NCBI GenBank assembly: GCA_964247055.1
Contig: OZ176050.1
Coordinates: forward strand, 10,416,001 to 10,480,000
Direction of reading: 5' to 3'
DNA: 64,000 nt
From: Paragordius varius
Lineage: Eukaryota; Animalia; Nematomorpha
Under the pieces are notes generated by a model. That model was not told where the DNA came from. It did not search any database and saw nothing but the letters and a program-made list of their open reading frames with translations. This document shows, one piece after another, positions 52,454-64,000 of this stretch. A program made the translations under genes and the position numbers. The stretch's first letter is position 1. Every line of letters begins with the position of its first letter.

Positions 52454-55400
52454 TTATATCAATCGAGTTATGTGTGGATTAAATTTTTTTTCGTTATGCT
52501 TGTGTTGATTTTTCGGTGTGCTCATACTTAAACTCTGCACGTTGGTTTGATGATGGGAATATCCAATTTTTAAAAACAAGGCTTTAATTAAATTACGTAT
52601 CTCGGCACTTTCGAACATTTCAGCTAATAATTGACACAAGTTTGGATAAAAAGTTTGAATGAGCATTTGAAACTATACGTTAGATAAGTTTTTACTTTAA
52701 TATCAGTTAAAGTAATAAGCCTTGTAAGTAAGGTATTTAAAACGGTGAGCCATGCATCTTTGTGTGATCTCGTTTCAATTTTTATAAAATAATCAATGCT
52801 TTCACTCAAATGCCTAAAATATAGGAATATAGTTTACCTTAAAAGCATTTCTTTAACACCATGGACATCATCTTCATACAACGTAAAAAGGATTTCTAGC
52901 AATAACTCTACACTACATGTTTCTTGCTTTATTAAGTGAGGTTTGGCAGATCCACGAAAATCTAAAATGGTAAACAAAAAAATGTGCAAAATTATTTTAA
53001 AATTATATTTATATTTAAAAGATCAGCCCTTAAAAACATAAAAAAAGGTTTATAAAATTTTTCAATATTAAAATCTTTGTTCATGAAGGTATGTTGACTC
53101 ATAAATAATTATTAGATAGTATATGATAAATTTTCTGCAAACCGGAAACGATGCTTAAAAAAAGAGTTAGACCGTCTACACAGCTAAAAAAATAATTATT
53201 TTCATATAAAAAAAATAAATTGTCATATTTCATATTTAACCAAAATCGATTAATCGCGTCGCTTTATATTTAGTAACGTTAAAAAAATGTCTTGGCTTTT
53301 ACCAAAATATTACGGTTAAAATTTTTAATATACAATATACTCATTTACAAGATGTTTAAAGTTAAATATGACAAATTAATGATTGCTCTGCATTTTTTTG
53401 AAAAAGTGGCGATGTATGATTAAACCTTTTTTTTGTAATTAGAATAAACAAATTTTTGTTTTGTTTTACATTCCACAAAGAATACTGTGGTAATTAAAAA
53501 TTAATGTTTTAATTGGAGAATTCTAATTTTTTCCAATAAATATCCAACTCAAATTATTATTAAAATAAATTTAAACGATTTAGTAATACCGGTAACAAAG
53601 ATCAATATGCTTAAGCACTTACACAACATATAAAACACCTTTTTAGTTTTGATATATTTCCTAGATTATACAAAGGCCACGACATTTATACCATTTTTCG
53701 TCCAAAGCAACATTTTTTCATGCGTTGAAAAATTGTTGCTGTTCGCTTTTTAAAAAAATTTGGTTAAAAAATGTTGTGTTTGGATGAAAAAATGTTTTTG
53801 GTTGAAAAAAAATGTTGATTTTTGTTAAAAAAATGTTGCTTTTACTTAAAAATTTTGCGTTTGGTTGAAAAAATGGTGCGTTTGGATGAAAAAATATTTA
53901 ATTAAAAAAATATTGTCTTTGCTTGTTGCATTTGCTTAAAAAAATGTTGCTTTGATTGAAATATGGTACATATCTACATTATTAAACAAAAGTACTAAGT
54001 AATTTAAATTTTCAAATTATTTTTGCCTTACCTCTATCTCAAAGTTTTAAAAATGGTTCAAAATGAGAGCCTAATTTTTTATATGCTAATAAATATGTTT
54101 TACTGATTTAAATAGATATATCGCTAGTTATTTCAAGAGAAATTTTCAGTATATAAGATGTGAAATAAAAATAAATGTTTTCAATAACAGTTATTTCAAG
54201 CATGCCAGAATTTACGAATTTTAACGTAAATTTTACCGACTTTGTTAATGAACACTTTTACCATCTTACATATTAGTATGTTCTAAATACATGGTGTTCA
54301 TACCATATCTCCAATAATATTGGGTAAATATACGCATGAATATAATTTGGTTAAACTTTATAATGATTGTCCAAAATTTCGAAATAAGTCATGAAAATTA
54401 TGTCACCGGCCAAGTTAATTCATTTTATATATTATTTAGGCAAAAAACTCATCAAAACGTTTAAAAAGGAACACATATAATCATGTTGGAATAGGGATAA
54501 TCAATGATAATAATTCTGTGAATATCAATGCCTTAAATTTAACCCTAGTCGATAAAAATATAACCTTGGATCAATATAATGATGTCAATAAGGCTCATGA
54601 TCTCATATATAGAGTTTTATCCTACATAAAATATTTAACAAATCAAACAAAAACAATGAATTTACTACCACCAATAAACAGGATTCATAGTGATGATAAA
54701 GATGTTTCAAAATCCTTCAAAAAACCACATAATACCGCCATTATTAATAAAAATAAATTCCTTCAATTTATAAAATTAAAAAATAACCACAACATATATA
54801 CCTCTTCGAATTATGAAAATGAGATTGGAGGAAAGAGCCATCGTATTCGATTTACAACCCTAAGCACGTTTACATTCGTAATTAGGAATTTTTTGAAAAA
54901 TTTGAATAAAGGTAGTAATAGTACATTGACAACCAAATCCAACAAAAACATCATATTAGCCAATTCCGTCCCAAGATATACAAAATTAGATTATATAAAA
55001 CCTACAATTTCCACGCAAACTATTTACAATCAAGAAATGATAACCAATACATCATCTCATGAACAGCACATTAATCGATGTTTTGGACACATATACCTGG
55101 ATCAAGAAATGTGTAGTCAGGATAATCGAAACGAAGTCATGCAAGTCAGGATATTCATAGCTAATGCCTTGGATGGAAAATGTATAGGGGTCATAACATG
55201 CCTCCCTCACAAATACAAAATGTCCAAGGAATGTTATACCGAATGTTTGGGAATACAATTCCCTACTGACTTTGACCGAATAAATGATGAATTTGATTCG
55301 GATGATGAAGATAATTATAAGCAAAATTTTGGGTTTGGTAATAATGACAACAAGGATATGGGACGAAATTATCGAAATGATGAACGTGAAAGAAAGAGAA

Positions 55401-56760
55401 TACATTCAAGGGCACAATTGGCCATACTTTTCGTTTGCATAAGTCTTGTATTGGTTTTACCAATATTTTATTTATGTATGTTTGTCATCATAATTGGTAA
55501 GATAGGTTAAAAAGAGTTTCCGCAAAGTGAAATGTTAGATATATTATCAAACAATGACTTATGTATAATTTGTTTGATAATATGAACTTTTATTTGCTAA
55601 ACATTATGGAAAAAAGATTTTTTTGATGATATATGTCAATAAATTTTCATATTGATATTATTAACAAAAAGAAAAGCCGTAATACGACGACCGCCTAAGG
55701 ACTCAAAACCAGCTAATAGTTAGAAGCGAAACCAAAAGCGGTTTCACTAATATTTTAGATAAGCTTAAACCCTAGTTTTGCAAAACAGGCTTCTTGCCTG
55801 TTAGCATCAGCATCCACAAGACTTAGGATCTTACATATTTTAAACAAATGATAATTATGTTTTAGTATAATTATAGTTAGGTCATTTGAAGATATAAAAT
55901 TGATTCAATATATTTTATTTTTATTCAAACAGTTAATTAATTGATTTATTTATAATGCAACTAAAATCATAATCCATTATATATTGAGCCACTTTGGAGT
56001 TAGCAGGAGATAAACTTATTCATATTCCAAAAATTTATACTTTTAGAAAGAGAATTTTTCAATAAGATTCCGAACCATCCAAATAAAATCGAAAAAAGAG
56101 TTATGAAAAATCTTTAAAATGATGAGAATGAGCATTATTTAAATTTAAAACACATCTCAAAGATTGAAATATGAATCACCTAAACGTAAATTAATAATGA
56201 CAAATGCTAATGGCCATCAACTGTAACAAAATAGGTCCTTACTATTTTTATTGTCGAATAGATCATTATTTAAATTTGCCAGTTTTTGCAGAATATATAT
56301 TGAATATTATATTTATAAATTAAAACCGATAGTCGAGTATCGACAAATATATTTTAATTTAGTTTAACCGCCTAATATATAAATTGAAATCTTGGTTATT
56401 AATATTAATGTACTGTTATTGCGGTTGTAATTACCTTTCCAATAAAAAATTAAACAAAAATTATGGTAAGATAATTAAATTATATTGGCCATTATAGGCC
56501 TTAAATTCGATAAACCGATTGATTTATTGTATAAAATCTGCATTATTTGAGATTATTGTGTGTTCAAAAAATTATAATATTTGATATGTTTAAAGCCATG
56601 GTAGATATTTTTAATAGAAACAAAATTTGGCCTTATCAGTTCAAAAAATCACCTTTTTATTATTATAATTTTTTGGAATTCTATAATCAATTTACACAAC
56701 TATGATTATAATTATTGAATATCCCCTATTCTTTAACCAACACAATATTAAAACACGTTG

Positions 56761-56816
<56 letters not shown>

Positions 56817-59800
56817 CAATGGTACATCTAGCTTTTAAAGGAAAAATATGGAGTGAAAGATAATTTCCCCTATACTTCAAATTAATTCACTTTCTTCACT
56901 TATGATTTCAAAGTTTGGTTTTACTGTAAAACATATATATTTATATGGAGAACAAAAATTATATTACTCATTTTGCAAAGAACGGTCCGCAACTCAGAAT
57001 CAGAATTAAATGCCACGGCAAAAGCATGACTTGGTATTAAAAATTGTTTGACAAGATCCAAGCACATTTCTGGTGTCAGGCGATGAAAAAATAGAATACG
57101 ATTAGGTGATGAATGGCCTTGGCTTATACCACTATGATTTGAACGAGCGAAAAGCTGTTTAGATTCTGAAAGTGTTGTTGAGGTTGTTGGAAGCATGGGT
57201 CTTTGATTACCATTGAATGATAAAGGTATTCTTTCTGGGTTGATATTAGGAGTTAAACCAGGACCATTAATATACAGCTCGGCAGGGTTTGGGTAAAACA
57301 AAATATATTTCGTCAAATGTATCAATTCTAGCTGTATGATACAATTTATCGAAATTTGATTGTACGTTTCTTTGGACAAACGTACTTTAATATTATGACC
57401 GGTTTCACGATCAACATTACCGTGTTCGTTATAACTGTCTCCGTGTGATGTTGTTGTTACAGATGATATGTGAGAAGTAGAGTCATTAATGCTAATTTGT
57501 TCCAAATCGTGTGCCTAATATTAAAATAAATATCAAATCCATTATAAAGAATATAAAATTTTATTTGCACTGTAATGTAGGGTAGATCATTTTAGTGAAC
57601 TAAGCGCAGAGGTCAGTTTTGGATGTTTTGCAAAACATATTATACTTCGTAAGGCGTACTTTAAAAAAATGCACGTAAAAAGTAAAAACTTTACCATAAC
57701 TTATAAAAGATGTATTCAAAAGATCATGGCATGCTTGTATCTATTTAGTCTATGCAATGTCAGCTTTATACTTTGGTAAAAATAAAAAATAGAATGATAA
57801 TTTATACCTTTAAATTTCTATCAGTTTCAAAACATAATACTCATTAAAAAGGTAAATAAAAATATAAATTACCAATTTTTTTGTGGAATGTTGATAATAT
57901 TTTTCGTTGTATGCTTTAGCCATTTCCATTAACCTAGGTAAAAAAGAGTTCACATAATAAATAACGAGAAAAAAGCGTATAAAAATACATATTTTTAATA
58001 ATATAAATTTTCAATTATTTAAATATATTCTTCCAACCATTACAAATAAAATGGTAAAAGATAATATGAATGGTTTAACAATTTACTCATTAGGTTGCGT
58101 TGTTTTATATATAGCTTTGATGATATCCATTGTATTTTGCCATTCAGATTGACCAAATTTTAGACCGTTGCTCACAATCATATTCTCCAAACAACTTAAA
58201 GCTGCTCTAGCTAACAATTCATTACCTAATAACGATATTGCAAAAAAAAGATTATTTTTCATATTAACCAAGTGTACATAAATATCAGATATGACACAGA
58301 AAAAAACAATACTACTTGCAAAAAGGCAAAAATTATAAAATAAAATTAAATATTCTTTGCAAAATTATGTTCGTATCTTTGCAAATAACGTTGAAAGTTT
58401 TCAATAACTTTATCAATATTCAGTTTTGTATGCTTAGAAAGCTGTGCACAATTTCATAATTTGGCCATAATCGAAAAAAAATTATTTAATTAATTTTATG
58501 ATTCAGCTTTTGGATTAATTTTTCTTTAATTATTCTTATGTCATATTAACTCTCTTGTTTATTTTGTTCTCCCATCAAAAGGAGTTTAGATCTTTGTTCA
58601 AAGCAAATGCATAGATTAAAACCATAATGAAAGAGAGCGACAAGATAAAAGAAATAAGAAATTCAATACCACCATAAATGATAATCTAAAACCATTTCAA
58701 CCGCACAAAATATTATGTAGTTGTCATAGAATATAGGGTCCCAACAAACCCCAAAAACAACAATTCAGACACCACCCCCCAAAAAAACAAAAAAATTATT
58801 ATTTTTATATAAAATATTTACATCGTAATATTTTATGGTATATAAAAAAACATACTATGGATGAATTTAATTTATGCACACTTATTAACTGATATTAGAT
58901 CAAAAACACATTAAAAGCAACAACTTACCTTGCTTCAGGCACCACAAAAGTTGATCATAAAATTCACACAATAGGGTTGTACACAAAGGATCATAAAATT
59001 GGGAAAATATATCAACGATAGCGTACAGAGCATGGTTACACGTCGTAATCATCCATTCAGATTTCTATCATTGACACAAAAATTAACTTTAAAAAAATTA
59101 TAAAATATATAAGTTACGTGTATTAATGTGTTCAAATCAATACACAGATAATTATTGATTTTAATGATTAAGACAATATGCACGTTTGTTCAATTATATC
59201 AACAGATAATATAAGTTAAAATTATGAACCTATATTTTTTATATTATGTTCGATAATCCGCTGTGCGATTTTGTATATCTTATTTGGGAAAATGCTATAT
59301 GTTATAATATTATTCGAGTAAAAAAATATAACTGAGTTTCATAAATAACCTTATAAATAACACAATTTCCCAAAATATAAAAAATGATTTAAATAGCCTA
59401 AACTAATAGTTATATGTTCCATTTTGAATACCTGTATCTTGTCCGGCACCGTTTTCATATTATCGAAAATTCTAAAGAACACTTTAAAAAAATCTTTCCA
59501 CCAATGTTGCAAAAAAGTTGATCCATAACTTTTTAGCACGTCAAACATGATTGTTAGCGCTCTTTAAAGTATTAGATAAAAACAATTAATATTTATATGA
59601 CAGATTTAAGAAGCAATATCATTAATTTATAACAATATTTAAGTTAAAATAACTGAAAAAATATGCTAATTTAAATACGAAAGATCTTTTACCATATATA
59701 ATGTGGCACAGATAAAATTTATATTTAAAGCTCACCTGGTTCTTATGTCCAAAGAACAACGGTTAATTACACAAGAAAGTTCAAAGAGAATGGGAAACCA

Positions 59801-62800
59801 TCCCTTGACCCATTGATAATCTTCATCCTTTATATTCAATTCCTCAAATGTATACTCTGTAAAATTCTACATATGCCAAAACAAAAATTAGATATATTTT
59901 AAAAAGTATAGGTTATTATCCAAGATAATTTTAAATCTTGATAAATATTTTTTAAAAAATGAGTAATTAATGATAAAATTAGTCCAATAAAATAAAAACT
60001 TTAGGGTTCCGATAAACGAAATCGGCACACGAACGAATCAATCGTATAGCTTCCATATTAATACCTGTGGTCGCTGAAGTTGGTGGTAATACTTCAGTTG
60101 GATTCTTTTGACCTAAAAAATATAAATTTTCAATAAATCTATTTCAATTTCAAAAATAATGTAAAATATCCATAATCACCCTACGTACACTTGGAAAAAA
60201 TCCTTTTTAAAAAATAATTAATGGCAGAATTAGACAAAATAAAATTCATAAATTTTATGTTAATAAAAATATGGAAAAAGAACTTTGTAGAATCACTAAC
60301 TGTCAAAAGATTTTCCAATATTTTCCGTAAATTAACCTGTTTTATTGGATTGAAGAGTTTTATTGGAGATAAATGATGATAGGGAGGTCTTTATTTCCGA
60401 GCTTATGTGTGTAACTTGGCTGGTCGTAGGATGAGACGATAATTGCTGGTACAAAAGTTCTTTAGCATCAAAACAGGCGAATTCGGCCAAACACTTTATT
60501 AAATTTTGAAAGGAATCGATAATGTTTATGGAAAAATCACATTTGCTTGTTTCACAGATTTCACCTTAAATATATAGCAATGTAAAAATATAATTTCTAG
60601 AGTATTCATCTTTATAGGATATTTTCTCCTTTCAAAGGAGGTAAACGTGTTATAGTTATCCATTCCTTTCTATCTACTGCTTGTTCAATTTTTATAATGA
60701 GAAAATGTAGGTCTTTTTAAATAGTCGATTGCAAGGTTTATATAATTTTTTTTGATAAAATGACTAAATCCAAGAAAGTAAAACCGTTTTATTTACTCAA
60801 ATAATGTAGTAGTCAAGCATTCAGAAGAATAATGACACAATCTCGCAGAAAAATTATAAAATTGACGACAAACACTTTTAAAATCCTTTTTAAAAAATTT
60901 ATATATTAAATAACCGTTTTTTAGTATATTAATTAATAAATTTTATGTTTTTTAACTATATTATATTCAATTTACTTGATATATAATTGAGAGATTGAAA
61001 TGCCATTTCAATAATTTGTAAATATTGTTCGCACCATTTTTCACGCAATTCATTTTCGAGTTGTGAACCATGAGGTATGGCCCATTGAATTTCGTTTTCT
61101 GTATATATATATATATACATATTAAAATAAATTCTCATAGTTATAAAAAAGCGTTTAAAACTTAGCAGTAAAATTTTAAGATTGAAACAAATATAAAAAG
61201 ACTCAAGTAAGAAATTAGATAGTATAATTTATTGATTGTATAAAATTAAAAACAAGCACAATAAATAATTAAATATTTTGGCGGTTAGGGCATTAACAAT
61301 GAAATACTAATATTTTGCTTTAGAGAAAACTATATTTTTGATCACGATTTTACTTTTCATACTTTAAACAATTATAATTATGAAAGATCAAATAAATGCA
61401 TTGCATATTCATATTTTAATTTCTTATTTCGAAACCCAAAAGAATAGGTTATATTTATAAAAAATAAAGGTTTAAGGATATAGTTTCTCTAGTGCCCTTA
61501 ATATTTTAACCTTATTATTAATAATGTAATGAGATTAAATTAAAAAAATTGTTTAATTGTAAAAATTAAAATAAAAATGAGATAACCTATGAAAAAACGT
61601 GTGGATCCCGTATAAGGTGCCATAATAATGAGTTGAAAAACGTTAAATATATTTTTCCATCCAGACTTGATGTTATGGGCTTGAGCTCGTATCATTTGAT
61701 CCATACATCTCACAACCATGTCAATGATGTTTAAAGAACTTATAAAGAAATAGAACATATTATATATATATATAAATATATATTATGATTTTGTTATTTT
61801 TCATTTTTGATTATAAAAAAAGATATCTACTCACAGTTATTATATTGCCTAGTCATATATATATATATATATAAAATATTAACTTTGTTAACATCAATCA
61901 ATTTGTGTCCAGTATGTTTGTATAAATAAAAATAATTATTTATATATAACGTGATTACAATTACTCTTAATCACATGGCCTATTTATTAGATATTCGGAA
62001 TAAATTATAGTAGTTATTAAAAATATCCAATTAAACGAAAAATAATATAAAAAAACTAGATATTTTTATGATACCGATTATTTTTGACAATGTATTCGAA
62101 AGGGCGCAAAAAATCTTTCTGAAATCGAAAATTGGCTAGTTCCCCCTTCTCCAAAAATTTGGTGGACAACTGTCTAAGCGAATCTAAAGCAAAAAAAGCC
62201 ACGCTTTCGTTGTCATGACAACCAACCTAACAATTAACATTATATAAAATAATTAAAAACCTTTTTAAAGTTACATAAAAGTTGTCATAAAAACTACACA
62301 CAAGTCTTTTTATAATAATTTTGAAAAAAACTTTCAAAAGTTACATAAAAAACAGTCTTGAAGATAAAATACCTCATTGAAATGCGGTCCCATTATATCC
62401 CATATTTTACTCCATTGCAATCGAATACGGGCCATATTATAGTAAGAGATCTCTACCAACTTTTGCAAGCTAAACATGCGTCCTCGTAACCAGGCATGAT
62501 CAATAATATCGCTGCTCCCAATATCACTTGAAAAGGCGTGTGACTCTATTAATTAAGTTTTTATTACAAAATATTATATATATGCAACAATATTTTAGAT
62601 TTTAAACATAAAACTGTATACTATTTATTTTAACAATTTTCGCTAGTTCATTGCCAGACACCCGGAAAGACTTATTGAAAAAATAAATTTTACTTGTTCA
62701 TAAAATTTTGTATTTGATTTCTCGCAGGTTGAGAATAATTTTAAAGGGCAGGGTGTTGAACACAACTGGTCTACTCCTTAAATTTTTACATAATTTATAA

Positions 62801-64000
62801 CGTTAAACTCATTTCCAAATGCTTCAAGAAACACTAACAATATAAATATAAAACGGGCTTTTTTTTATTTTTCATTTTGAGTAATGCGGTATTGATAACT
62901 GAATCTGTTAATTCGGAGCAGCTTTGAATAGGCGTCGACGTGGCCAATAAAATTCCTAGATCACACTATGAAAATGTATGATAAGTAATTCTTTCAAAAA
63001 TCTTGCCCAAATTGCATTTAAACGAATAGCAATGCGGCTTCCAGCCAAACAAAAGTACAATAGATGTCATATTCACGTTAAAACAATTCAAAGCGCATAT
63101 ATTATAAAAGCTTCTTTATACTCCGCGTATACCGATAAATGAATCTGATCGTTTCAACGATGATTCCATACCACTACTTGAGTATTGTTGATCATTTCGT
63201 TTCCAAAATTTCATACCAACAGCCGTAGAATTTATATTCTGGTTTTGTCCGACCTAAATAAAATACATCATTATTCAGTAAACCCGTATAATCAAGTAAC
63301 ATAAGATGTTAGCACAAAAAATATATGAACAATATGGTTTAAACCAGAGTTGTCCAACACAAATGGCTTCGCGGGTCGCATTAGCAGGCCGCATTCGAAA
63401 TTTATATAGGAATTCATAAATAATTTATTAAATTTCAAACATGAGACTATAAAAAGCAAAGGAATATAACAATTATTTCTTATTCTTGCCTATTCGATAG
63501 ACTAATTTATAGAAACATCAATTTTACTAAATTTTGTGAGCATGTTTTCGCAAATTGTAGGTTTCCAAATTTTTCGCGGGCACCGTGGAGAAAACCCATC
63601 GTTTTTAGATGCAGATAAATGTTTTAAAAACCATAACTAATAAACTATTTTTAGTTGAATTATCAACTAAAATCGCGCCTTTTCTACACTAATACATTCA
63701 ATTTTTCTAAAAATAGATAATTTAACCCGTATAAATTAATATTAAATAATAACCCGTTGCTTTTGGGCCACTGATTTATAAGATAAAGTTTGTGAATGAT
63801 ACAACGAATCCGTGTGTTGAAAACTAATCCCTCCACCAGATTGCAGTGATGAAAGTGATGTTCGATGTGATAAGGGCGGCATTAGGAATGATAATTCTTC
63901 AGCGCTGACACGGCACAGCGCTCGAACGAAATCACATATAGCTTCTCCATCCAACAAGATGGAACTTGTAAATATTTTATCGATTCGTACCAAGATATTT
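52454..64000 (-). CDS. ARFGEF1/2: Brefeldin A-inhibited Arf-GEF BIG1/BIG2 (Sec7 family), C-terminal HDS region; 5' part lies right of the window
   Basis: Exons 63754->64000, 63133-63253, [62855-62955, 62809-62833, 62694-62776, 62622-62670 tentative], 62373-62545, 62075-62226, 61587-61738, 60976-61098, 60337-60564, 60000-60112, 59736-59866, 59432-59561, 58929-59064, 58087-58225, 57873-57933, 56968-57514, 52838-52961, 52696-52813, 52454-52672. Motifs [87 protein letters not shown]. Confidence 0.95.
53691..53966. mobile_element. Internally deleted, diverged member of the 21-bp-array foldback family
   Basis: TA|CCATTTTTCG ... AAATATGG|TA, made almost entirely of degenerate 21-bp units like those at 38539-40087. 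Confidence 0.75.
54336..55510 (+). CDS. Nested antisense gene: about 382-aa putative secreted/membrane protein with a six-cysteine Kunitz-like motif and a C-terminal hydrophobic anchor
   Basis: Exon 54336-54413 (first ATG after an in-frame TAA), 26-nt GT-AG intron 54414-54439, exon 54440-55510. Weak signal-like N-terminus, KRLKR site, several N-X-S/T sequons, cysteine spacing C-10-C-22-C-5-C-10-C-3-C, acidic patch and a hydrophobic end of about 27 residues. Confidence 0.7.
63345..63600. mobile_element. Partial hAT-type MITE (same family as 21271-21520) in an ARFGEF intron
   Basis: About 40-bp terminal match to the reverse complement of the 21520 end. The other end is not clearly preserved, so the end coordinate is approximate. 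Confidence 0.5.

Noticed and set aside
108-55463. Antisense or overlapping ORFs 108-362, 985-1221, 4457-4645, 5444-5647, 30115-30321, 42091-42294, 42626-42895, 55052-55405 and 55263-55463
   Set aside because: They are shadows of real exons on the other strand or frame, with no independent protein signature.

Overview
Eukaryotic (animal) genomic DNA, very AT-rich (roughly 25% GC by eye), standard genetic code, intron-rich and full of non-autonomous DNA transposons. Manual GT-AG splicing recovers nine genes. On the minus strand: a 21+-exon Na-K-Cl cotransporter (SLC12A2-like, running off the left edge), an intronless NCS-family EF-hand gene, MRPS14, an intronless FAM43-like PTB gene, and the 3' part of a BIG1/BIG2 (ARFGEF) Arf-GEF running off the right edge. 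On the plus strand: a secreted SOUL/heme-binding protein, a divergent WD40-like orphan, CKS1, and a Kunitz-like membrane-protein gene nested antisense in a 4-kb ARFGEF intron. MRPS14 and CKS1 are absent from the supplied ORF track because they are cut by 21-23 nt introns. The main observation is a class of ultra-short GT-AG introns (21-28 nt): six are proven by restoring conserved proteins and about six more are likely. They coexist with ordinary 59-4006 nt TE-laden introns, cluster in compact gene islands, and every one with a length divisible by 3 carries an in-frame stop. Mobile elements include CACTA/CMC, hAT (two decayed Charlie-like transposase copies plus MITEs), piggyBac-type, two Helitron copies, Tc1/mariner-type MITEs and a 1.5-kb foldback element with 21-bp arrays. 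No tRNA, rRNA or CRISPR array was recognised. Homology calls are from memory of the protein families, not from searches.
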